Both the position numbers and the translations under genes were made by a program. A stretch of 64,000 bases of DNA from Raillietiella orientalis (Eukaryota): positions 124,001 through 188,000 of the forward strand of contig JAYWIR010000059.1 of NCBI GenBank assembly GCA_036172245.1, given 5' to 3'. Every line of letters begins with the position of its first letter. Position 1 is the stretch's first letter. Positions 26,201 through 36,500 of the stretch are shown in pieces. A model generated the notes under the pieces. The model saw nothing but the letters and a program-made list of their open reading frames with translations. It was not told the origin of the DNA and made no database searches.

Positions 26201-26770
26201 TTTAAATCGTATGATGCGACAGATGAATGGATTCAAACGTACATTTCCAAATCCATATACTAATTTTTGAGCTCAGATAAAAATTTCTACTTTCGTTTTC
26301 GAAAGTATTACCATTTTTCCATTGGAGGATGGCAAATTAGATTCTACCACTAAACTAAACTGATTATGAAGACAATTTACTGCTAGAACGTTGTTTCCAT
26401 CCTTTATTGTAATACAGGACACATTTAATACTTTTTGATTTTAGATTGGGAAAAATTCGTCTTGGAGAAATCCCTTTCCTGGATGGAAACAGCGATTAGT
26501 TGGTTAAGCTTTCCAAGGGATGTACTCCACATCATTCACTACGAAAGTCTAGTCGAAGATCTGGAAAAAAATCTGGAGAAACTTTTCATGTTTTTGAACT
26601 TGAATGTGTCAGCAAATGAACTGAAATGTGTTCTTGATCGTAAGGAAGGGATTTATCTACGCTCGAAGATAAACATCAGTGCCAACATATACACTCCATA
26701 TCTGAAAAACGTCATCAAGTCCAGAAAGGATGCTGTGAGCAGCTTCATCAAGTCAATGAAATTATCCTAA
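11090..26770 (+). CDS. WSCD: WSCD-family (CG9164-like) type II membrane sulfotransferase, ~296 aa, no WSC domain
   Basis: Exons 11090-11224, 18128-18305, 20358-20609 and 26445-26770 total 891 nt, with GT-AG junctions in phases 0, 1, 1. N-terminal signal anchor, 5'-[35 protein letters not shown], 3'-[23 protein letters not shown]. Confidence 0.9.
13160..13895 (+). mobile_element. Decayed internal fragment of the L1/Tx1 family (RT motifs 4-7 and thumb)
   Basis: Direct nucleotide similarity to 1080-1820. YAGD replaces YADD; frameshifts present. Confidence 0.9.
14914..15280 (+). repeat. Dispersed repeat, copy A (homologous to 59580-59974, minus strand)
   Basis: Shared blocks ATTCGCCT.CTTAG, TGCGTGT.ACTCTTCAAG, CACC.TATGAATCCAG and ACCCCGAAGGAA. 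Confidence 0.75.
16372..17260 (-). mobile_element. Decayed 3' end of a divergent L1/Tx1 element
   Basis: [34 protein letters not shown] aligns with WGLPCNARRHHCTWGAVDPNCVRCGKRESLPHLPVDC. 3'UTR hairpin at 16445-16462. Confidence 0.75.
18128..18305 (+). CDS. WSCD: WSCD-like coding exon 2
   Basis: atcccag|AAC ... [22 protein letters not shown]|gtaag. Confidence 0.9.
19900..20300 (-). mobile_element. Endonuclease-region remnant of an L1/Tx1 element
   Basis: Patchy similarity to 3200-3600 (e.g. AATTTACC...TGCGA). Peptide QLAVVFRD. Confidence 0.4.
20358..20609 (+). CDS. WSCD: WSCD-like coding exon 3
   Basis: ttttcag|GT ... TGSIYKD ... VKTHE ... RDPY ... A|gtaagg. Confidence 0.92.
21400..26200 (-). 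mobile_element. Highly decayed LINE (CR1/L2-like?) RT remnants in WSCD intron 3
   Basis: Only faint, interrupted GIPQ- and xDD-like motifs (~21920, ~25050-25110). Family and boundaries are uncertain. Confidence 0.25.
26445..26770 (+). CDS. WSCD: WSCD-like terminal coding exon
   Basis: ttttag|AT TGG, then WEKFV...[12 protein letters not shown]...[10 protein letters not shown], stop TAA. Confidence 0.88.
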
Positions 26771-27949
26771 CGCTCACGAAAGAAAGGGAAATTTACTTGT
26801 CTATTTGAGGTTTCTTACACAGAATGGAAAATCCCTTACTTGGTGTACCTGGTGGTGCAATCACGTGTTGGGCACTTTATTAACTTAGCGTGACCATATC
26901 CTCACTTCTGCAATTCTAGTTTCTCCGATGGAGCAGTTTCCAGTGACGTTCGCGTGCTGTTGCTGAGTTTCCCGAAACCCAGCTGGAATACAAACGGAAC
27001 ATTTCATTTTGGAAAAGCTGAAACCTTTTCTTTCCGCAGCCTTGTTCGATTTTCATCAAATTGGAAACGTATTCACGTTAGACACGGGAGCAGTGAACCA
27101 ATTTTTTTTAAAGTGCACTAAAATGTCTCTGGTGCTGTGTGTTGGCCCTTTTCTTTTTTTTGCAAAACCATCGTTCAGATAAAAATTGTGCGCTGCCATT
27201 CCCATCTGATGTTCTGGGATCCTGAATTCCCTATCCTATCCGACTATATGCGGAAGATCTATTGAATTACTAAGTGGAACAACATTGAAAGTGCAATCAC
27301 CTCTTATACCCATGAAAGATTATCCCCCCCCCCCTTTCCCAGTTTTTTACTATTGGCTGACCAAATGATCGAAAATTTCGTTTTTCAGTGATACATTGAA
27401 GACAGTGAATTCGAGAATAAATTTCACGGCAATCATCTTTAAGGGCAATCTTCACGGCAATCATCTCTTTCTTAATCACCCGTATGTGTTGAAAAACGAT
27501 ACGAACGCAAAATCTAAATGTATTGTTTTTAAAATACAAACTGTCTCTAAAGGGAGATCGTCGCTATTGCCGATCCAAACGCTAACTTTGTAGGTGAACA
27601 ATAATCTAAATGTGTTCTTGATCGAAAGTTTCTGCAATCAATCTTATGACTTGTGCATCAATAGTAGCCACATCTCTTCGTGGAGGATGAGATTCTCTGT
27701 TGCAGCATAGAGCTGAAGCTATTCAAAAGTTAGTGTTATTCGGTATTGATTCAATAGCTGTCATCTAGTCATTATTGCATTCAATTACAGATGATGGAGC
27801 ACTTTACAGTTACTATTATGATCCATGGATGCAATGAAAAAAACTCAAGTGCAGTCTCATCAGAAATGGATCAACGTATACATCCAAGATCATTTGTGGA
27901 ATCAAGCATTCCAAAGAGTGATTCCAAGAGCAAACCGGGTTATTGAGCA

Positions 27950-28650
27950 GTATTCTGCTTTGTTTGATGATCGGAGGGGAGGGTAACCTCCATTTCCATC
28001 CACCTTCCGGACTCGCGTCCGCTTGTAGTCGGAGCAATGGGGACGGGCCTTCCCCCGTGTCTCAGGGATGATGCTACGCACACTTTTGCTGATTTCGAGG
28101 GACAAACAAATCTGGAAAAGAATCCGGAGAGCGTCAAGAACTGGACGGCTGAACCGGGGACTTACTGCTTCAGGTGCGACGGTGAGGCCACTGGCCACGA
28201 GAAGACCGTCCTGACGCGGAAGTCCATTCAAGCGAAAAAGAAGCGAGTCGTTGGCCGAATGGTGCCTGAAAATTGCGACATGCTTGGCCAATGAGGCAGT
28301 GTGTTTTTGTGGGTAGATGGTTCTTTGCTACATGCAATTCAGCCCCTCGATATCTGTGGATCCTCAATACAGAGCTCAGTGCGATGTTTAAACTATGCGA
28401 TGGACAGTTTACTGCTGTGCTACACTCTTTTAATGTTGCGACGGTAACGGCAGATTGCGAGCACCACTTTTCAGAAAGATTAATCTTTAAACGCAATGAA
28501 TGCTTCAAAAATCACTCCCAAGGAAGAATTTCACGGTTCCTCCAGTATTTCGTTTCAGAAGAGAACTGCCGTTTGACAACAAATTTTAATGCAAAGCCAG
28601 TAAGATCACTTTAAAAAATCTAAAAACGGCTTATTTTCAAAAGATGAATG
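27950..28650 (+). mobile_element. Decayed hAT (ZMYM1-like) transposase remnant
   Basis: YCFRC zinc-finger-like motif. VATVTADCEHHFSERLIFKRN...SQGRIS resembles the hAT dimerisation consensus VTVASCERSFSKLKLIKN..RS.MSQ.RL. Confidence 0.5.
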
Positions 28651-31584
28651 CCGTTATGAGAAAGATTCGAAGAGATGCCACCGTTTCCCTGAAGCCTGAC
28701 TCTGATAACTGAAAACAAATGATAGTCTTGGTTTACAAAATCATAGTGCATTCGTTTCTTTGTTAACTTCAAAGAGACAAAATTAGTTTCAGTGTACAAA
28801 GATGTAGTTGCATTAGTCTTCATCATTATCATTTGCATTCACAAATAACAAGAATTGAGATTAAGATCGAAATAATGTACAATTAACAAAATTATTTTCT
28901 GATTAATAGTTAGTACATAGACTTGAACATTCTTGGTATAAATTATGTTTTGTTCAATTCAAACCAATTGATTAAAAACGATTAGAAAAATTCAAATCTT
29001 CTTTAAACCTTAACCTTATTTAAATAACCTTAATAAACATAACATTAATCTTATTTAAATCTTAGTAACATTATTTTAAATTTATTACACTCTGTTCCAA
29101 AGCATGGAATATACTATCGGAAGATAGCCTATGAATTCAAAGAAATAAAAGACTACACAAATCATGGAAAAAGCAGAATATGGAAAACCATGTGAAACTC
29201 CAACATGCTATTTCTGAATGACGAAAAGAACAATTTCAGGGTTCTGTGCACTTTGATCCAAATATCTGTATCAAGTACTTTCATCATTATCATAAATATT
29301 CAATCAGTGCTAGAATACCTTGAGAAATTAGACGGATATTTATATCCTTAATTTTTTAATGTCACAGCTCAGTTGTAGTTAGTGAATGACATTTTTAATT
29401 TGGGACAAAAAAAAAAAGAAATTTATCATCTGATGTCACCAGTGATTTTTTTGTTCATTGGGATGGAGTCACATTCTTAAGGTGCTTAGATAAACTACTA
29501 AAAAATCAGGTATCTACGATTCCAGCGCTCTTCTAATATGAGCATATTTTTCTAAATTTCATCCGAAACACCAAGCTTTGTCGTGCTGAAATGCAGCATT
29601 ATACAGGATAAAAAATCTTTTAAAAATTCCACTTATTAAGAAAACTACGTTCATATTTCAATTGATTTTCAGGAATATGAAGTCATGCACTGCTATGGGA
29701 CTATTTAGCTATAAATGAATGCTATGAAATAATATCGCCTAGCAATACTGCCTAAGCACACTTGTATATTTAACAATATTTCATGGAAATCCCCAGAAAT
29801 TAAACGAACAAGAAAAACTGTACTTTAAAGGAAATGGACATGGACATGGAAATGTAAGTGATTTAGTGGACTTCTGTTGATCCATAAAAAAAATATAGAT
29901 GCAAAGAGGATTACCTCAAAAAATTCACTGAAGTTGGTGAAACTCTTAAGCGAAGAAGTTTCGACAACACAAATGCTACTCGATGATCTGTAAGGAAAAT
30001 GTCAAATTTTGGGCTTAGATCATTAGTGATTTGAAAAATAACTAACTAGGTAAATGCACATCTGATATTTCCTCCAGGGTAAATATACATGCTAGATCAT
30101 TTGTGGAATCAAGCATTCCAAAGCGCGATTCCAAAAGCAAACTTGGAATAAAGACGGAAGTGACCAAAAGCATAATTTTCCATTAATGATTCATTTTTAA
30201 ATTTCTTATGATTAATTTCGTTAGTATATGTATAGTTCTAATAGGTTTAAGAACTTAGAGGCTTTTTATTCAATGAGTTTTTGGAATTCATTCGTTTCTT
30301 ATTAACGCAACTAGTAATAATTTGACTCAAATCTGTTTTTTTTTTTTACAAAGATTTTAATTTATTAAGGATGTATTAAGAATCTACTGAAATACCTTGA
30401 TATAAATGACTGCTTTGTTACTTGAAAATAGTTTAAGTATATTACAGTTACGTTCAAGAATCCAAAATAAAAATAAAAAGAGTTAGATGATTAATTCTAG
30501 AGAAGAATGTATCCATGAAATAAGAAATGACTTGTTTATTCATCTAACAATGCACATGCACTTTAAAACACCTATGGACGACAACATTAGATGAAATGGA
30601 TACATACTAGCTACAAAGATTTAGATGAATATTGAAATTTCTTCCTTTTTACTGCAAGATGGAAAAGACGAAGAATAAGATCAAAGATGGAATTATTCAG
30701 TAATTTCCCTTCAAACTGTTGCAACAGTATTAAATATTGAAAACATGCTTATTTTTCAAGTTTTAATTACCAATCAAACAACTGAAATCGTTAAGATTAG
30801 CAAATACATAGTATTGTAGCCAATACTTCTTTATCATGTCGCTATATTAAGTCCCTATGATAACATTACTTTTGTTTAGCAGTTTTTTAGATGGGCGCAC
30901 AATCGCCTTAGAGGTTTAGGCCAATTAATTGTCAAGTATTAAGTACAGGATTTACTACAAAGTGCTTTGTAGTAAGTCTTGTTTTTGTTTTTTTTTTTAG
31001 CGAGTGAGTGACTGCTAATTGAAAAATGATTATATCAATATAAGTGATAGAACATTTTATTGGCTTTAAAATTTACTTAAAATTCCTCCAACTTGACCCG
31101 TCGCATGTATCAGTACACAGATCTGTGATGGATGTAGATTAAATCCTTGGCAATCCTGCTGAAGCGTAATGGCTTCTTTGTAAACAAAAACTTTTGCGTC
31201 CAATGAAATTGTATAGCAAAATGTTCGTATCTTTTGCGTAGCGTGTGAGAAAGTGCTATTCATGTTTTTTGGTAATGTTGTGTTTTGTCGAAACTGTTCT
31301 TTTTCAAGTGATGCAGAATGAGAATCAATAGTTTCACGAAATTACCGAGACAAACATTTTTCAATTGTTTTATTCCATTTTTACATTTGTGAATTCCTTT
31401 GTACTTTTAGTGATTTGGATTATCTACCAACGACTTTCCATCGAAGATGAATATGAGGAAGAGTTTGCTTTCATGTCTTGTCTGTTTGCTTTATTTCACC
31501 AGCAGAAATTTTCCATGGAGTAGTGCCAGCAGTAGTGCCACAATGCTGTATACCTGGGTACACTGCTGGTAAACAGCATTCAGC

Positions 31585-32226
31585 ATGAAGCTGTTAGAGA
31601 ATTCTCAGTTTGAAGCCATCAATTCCGCTCTGCAATTTGAATTAGAAAATTGCACTTTAAGTGGTAGACTTGAAAGCTATTCTTGTAAAATGATTGGTAG
31701 CGACAAGCAATTATTCAAAAAAATGAGTACAGGAACTAGTCCAAATAATTTGCAAACTTTATCACCACCACAAGAATCCAAGATGTGGTTTGGTTATCCA
31801 TGTCCTGAAGAGGATGGCCTGCTGTGTGATACAATCACCATGAAAACACTGTTTTATCTTGTAGGCACACTTAATGCCTCGTTCTATCCGGATTATGATT
31901 TTTCGGATGCACGTAGCCACGAGTTCGTCATGGTTTCGTTATCACAAGCTGTGGAAGCCATTGATACCCAGTTGTCAACTAGTATGGGAGATTCTTATAA
32001 TGGATTACGGCCATCGCTATGGCATGCCATTGAAAACGAGATTCTGCTGCCAGAATGTACCATTTACAGCTATAAACCTGATCTTCAGTGTGATCCTTTT
32101 GGAGAGGATGGCTGCCTCTGGTCTTTTAATTATTTCTATTATAATCGTCGTCTGAAGCGTATTGTCTTCTTCATGTGTCGTGCAATGTCCAATAGTCATT
32201 CTGATCCAGATGATGTATTTTACTAA
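31585..32226 (+). CDS. MAF1: Repressor of RNA polymerase III transcription MAF1, 213 aa, single coding exon
   Basis: [45 protein letters not shown] (B box), [34 protein letters not shown] (C box). Confidence 0.98.
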   Translation: MKLLENSQFEAINSALQFELENCTLSGRLESYSCKMIGSDKQLFKKMSTGTSPNNLQTLSPPQESKMWFGYPCPEEDGLLCDTITMKTLFYLVGTLNASFYPDYDFSDARSHEFVMVSLSQAVEAIDTQLSTSMGDSYNGLRPSLWHAIENEILLPECTIYSYKPDLQCDPFGEDGCLWSFNYFYYNRRLKRIVFFMCRAMSNSHSDPDDVFY

Positions 32227-32276
32227 TATCCTGTCCATCCTTGTCTATGTACCTGCATTCTTAGTTAAAAAATGCT

Positions 32277-32282
32277 TTTATT
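32277..32282 (-). terminator. Probable polyadenylation signal of CAPON
   Basis: AATAAA on the minus strand ~43 nt after the CAPON stop. Confidence 0.5.
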
Positions 32283-32324
32283 TCTCGTCATATTTTCTGA
32301 TTTAAATGTCACAAGATGGGGACA

Positions 32325-33504
32325 TCAGGATGTAGTGTGACGACCCCAAGCTGCCCTTAGGATTTGGGCTTGTGTTTCATCATGCCTGGTGGAAGAAACT
32401 CTTTCACTACTTGCTCTACTGATTGTTGCAGTTGGAAAATCTCGTAATTCTGTTTCTAGTTTATTTGATGTAGAATGAGAAGGTACTGGCTTTCCCTTGT
32501 GTTTGGATTCAGAAACTGGAGTGTTACAGCCACCAGATGATATGCTTGCTTGCTGTACAGTGGTGGGTACAGAAGGCAGTTTCTCTTTCAAGGGATTCCA
32601 AAGATCATAAGGGAGTGTGGTAGTAGATGGTGTGGGAAGTGAAGGTGATGCTAGCTGATATGGAGCATATCGTAATAGGAAGGAAGATGGCACTTGTAAC
32701 ACGGATGACGAAATTGGTATGGGTAATTCTGCTGAATTATGTGGCACCTGTAGCAGTGGGAGGGCAGACTCTGAAGGCTGATGGGAAATATTTCCTTGTA
32801 GCAAATACTGAAATATGCAACAATGGCCATTAAACCAAAAATTGGGCATCAAACAACCTTGGAAGATGCTTCTGCTGTGCTTACTTTTGTTTCCAGCTGC
32901 CGCACACATGAGACTAGTGATTGCATGTATTCCAATAATTCTTTATTTTGCTGCAACAGTTGTTGATTGCGAGTCTGGAAATACAAATAACATTTGCTCT
33001 CCTTTACAAAATGTTCACCTGAGCTTCAAGACGTGCTGCAGCTTCAGCTGCTAATTGATCCCTGAGGAGATGAATTTGAGCAATAAGCAATTGAGCTTGC
33101 TGTTGCTGCTGTTCCAGTTGTGCCTTGAATAACTGCAACTCATGATGACTACTACATGAGACAGGCATCTGCTGATCTACCTTGTACTGTGGATTTCCTT
33201 GCTGGAATGCGCTAACAGATGATAAATTTGTTAGGTCTTGCTCATACCGAATTTTTTTTGAATTCGGAAATACTGCTTGATGATGAGTCATGCAACTCTG
33301 GTGCCGATTTCTCTGTGTCCTCACCCTGATTGTCGTGAATGTCGTACTGATGTTCTAAGGAAACTTACATCAGGAGCAACCATCACGCCTAAACGTTATA
33401 CCTTTATCAGTATCCACCTCTAAAGTTGGATTAGAGGCCAGAGACATTTTGTGGCACACTTCGAACGCTTGGCCCACAGTTCGGACTATTCTCATGGCTT
33501 GACT
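32325..33504 (-). CDS. NOS1AP: CAPON exons 5-9 (end of PTB, coiled coil, S/P-rich tail)
   Basis: Introns of 47, 46, 44 and 77 (or 50) nt. [30 protein letters not shown] resembles the NOS1AP coiled coil. The protein ends AAWGRHTTS. Confidence 0.85.
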
Positions 33505-36500
33505 CTGAAAAAAGTTCATTACTTGGTATTAGCTAATGGAACTGCACCTCCAGTCCAAGATCTTCAAAACTGTTGGTTAAGCTAGGGTTATGAATTACTT
33601 GCAGCTGAAAACAACGATTGTCCCCATACTCAGTTATGGTTCCTATGAATTTTCTGTTCTCCATTAGGTAGCTTCCAAAATAATTCTCTATAGCCCTTTC
33701 TGCCACATTAAAGTAACTTTAAATGAATGCTCACCTAGTTATTATCAGCAAGCGCAATTGCAGCGAGCTTGGATCGAAACATACTAACAAATGCCAATAT
33801 TAACGGCAGACTATTTTTAGCGGAAGACACTGCCAAACGCAATTCACTACTTACAAGTTGCACAAATTGCTCATCAATTTATAAATTATGCATAATCAAA
33901 TAAAAAACTTCGGGATTTACTTGTGCATTTTAAGAACGACGTGATAAAACGTGCTTAGGTTCAATATCTTCCACACGGCAATCATCGAAACTGGAAGAAC
34001 TCCCCAGCGTAGAAGGGAGGATTCAAAAGCACATCTACTGTAAGAAAGAATCAAACGTTTTGCAATGTATTAATGATCTTGTCGTAAAGGCACGATCCAA
34101 ATCCCCCTTCCCTACAAATAGTAATTGACAAATGTGTGTTTGTTATCCTAAAAACCTTTATGCAATTCGTTGGCAAATTCATCTCTGTCTAGCATTCTGA
34201 ATGTCTGAATCGCGCAGTTCTTCGACGGATCGACAATAACCTAGAGATGAAGAATGACCCTAGATCGAAATAATGATAGACACATAAGAGAAAGGTCGGC
34301 TTTCTAGTGCTATGGGGTAGGTCCCCCTTAAAGGTACAAATTCTAACGGACACTTCCGTATTTCAATGACGTGAAAAGTGCGCGCCTAACTACATGGATT
34401 GATCGAGGGGCACTACACATCCAAATAATTGTTCGAACAGTATTCAATCGGAACACAAAAACAGCACAAATACAGCTTGTTGAACTGATTCTTTACAACA
34501 ACAACAAAAAAAGCACACGTGATGACTGAGATTTCGATGCTTTAAACGCAACATCTGTCTATTACAGCAGCCATAATTACAAAAGTTCCTTACATGTGCT
34601 TCAGTTCAATCGCATGCGAGATTAAAGATTTCAACGCTTTTTGTGAAAACCACAGTTTTCACCTTCTGAGCTGCAACATGACCATGCGTTGACCACTTGC
34701 GAATACGTACAAATACGTACGTTCCATATGCACATGTTCGAGATCTACCCCAAGGATTCGTGGTGAAGGCTCCAAGCAATTTGGTTCACTTAGTTTTTAT
34801 GCACAGAAATTTGTTTTGTTTAATCGATCTGTTTTCCAAACATGGGATGAAATCCGTACTATCGACAAATCATACGACTGGCTATTTTCAACATGGCTTT
34901 TCTTAATCTACGCATCTTGTTTCTTAATTTGTTCAGCAAATCGCATACCAGGTAGCATACGATAACACGTAGATAATCAAACTCAAAATGCACAAAATTT
35001 CATTGTATTCGTGAATCACAATCCCGAAAGGAGAACGCGCCTGCGTAAAACCAAAAAGCTCTGCCGCTTGCTAGCTCATGTTGTGGCATCCCGAATGTGG
35101 TAACACTTCTTTGAGCGTCTCCGAAACGCGCAATGATTCAAAAATCGAAGGACCGCAGTATTTCCGGAGCTGAATGGAAAAAATGCTCTGATGGCTTATG
35201 TTTGATTTCCAGCACCAATTTTGCACACACTAACGCTCATTTTTTTGTGTGTGTGCGTGCGCTTCTGCTAGACAAACGTCTTCTGACATAAACTTCAGCA
35301 TTTTGAAAACAAACAGGGAGTGCTTCGGAGAAAAGAGAGAGGCAGAAAAACAAAAATATTGTAGTCCCTGAAGAATCTTGAAAGCGAGAAGCTGCAAAGC
35401 AGCCCACAGAGCAATCTCTGATCCAAACGCTCAGAGATCGCCGAGCAACGAAAGAGGCACCCCAAGGCGTGACGCGACGCAACCTCATTCAATTCCCAAG
35501 CGTTCCGAGTTTGCCGGCTTCCACAACCTCATAACGTATGTGGGAAGGAGAAGGCCGCGCACGCGCAGCAATCCCATGGTTCTGAAAAAACGACCCTTGC
35601 CGAAGGCCCGCGCGCGCAGGTAGTGAGCGCGGAACGAGCCGACTCGAACACGCTGCACACGAGGTTTGGCTATTTCGCCAGGTGTCATCGAATTTCGAAC
35701 GCAAATCTAAATATATCCGCGCGCGCATCCCCCCCCCCTTCCCCCCATGTGGTACACAATGGAGGCTTTGCAACCCTTCCAGAGAATGAATCCGGAGAAG
35801 CAAGAGCAAAGTGAGTGGAAGTCGGCGGCGGGCCCACGAGACTTTCGGACAGCAGATTCATGGAAAGTTTTGGGCGCTCGCGTGCGAACTCTGGTGGTTG
35901 GCAGGCCCCCTTAGCGATCGAACGCGATGCCACCCGCCGCGACGGATGCAGGCCCATCTTGCTTCTGCCTCTTCCATGCGCTCGGTGTCTCTAGCCTCCG
36001 CTGTGCGCGCGAACCCCTGGTGGCGAAGAGGGGTCTCCTGAAGATAGAAAGACCCGGAAAAAGGTGGGGAAAAAGTAGGCAGGTCTTTTCGCATAAAGGG
36101 CTTCTGCGCAGGTGTGGAGCGGGCGCAGGACGGACATCGAGGGAAAATGCCAACATGGAGGCCCAGAGCAGCGCTCCGCTTTCCTGTCCCTACTAACCTT
36201 TTTCAGGGACTTGAAGACATTGCACCTGAAGACGTTGGAGGACTCTTCCCGAGCTATGAAGCTGAAGATCTTCATATCTTGCGAATCGTGAGACACGTAG
36301 AAGATCCTGTGAATGGGGTGCCGCATCACCAGTCGGTCCGACTCCCGTAGTAGCTGCGCGCGAAAGGAAACAAGCCATCAGGAAGACACAGGGCGCGCGC
36401 GTCACCTTCTTCTTCTTCTTCAGAAAGACCTTCATGCCCTCTGCGGAAACCTCCAGCTCCACCTTCCGCTTCTTGATCTGCTTCGCCTTGAATTCGTACT

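Noticed and set aside
26624..27624. 17-nt exact repeat AAATGTGTTCTTGATCG in WSCD exon 4 and downstream
   Set aside because: Short, AT-rich and not extendable; cannot be distinguished from chance.
33004..33324. ORF as a single CAPON exon (MRTQRNRHQ...)
   Set aside because: A two-intron solution with good GTATAA/GTATGA donors keeps the frame from exon 5. Only 33201-33019 is used in this frame.
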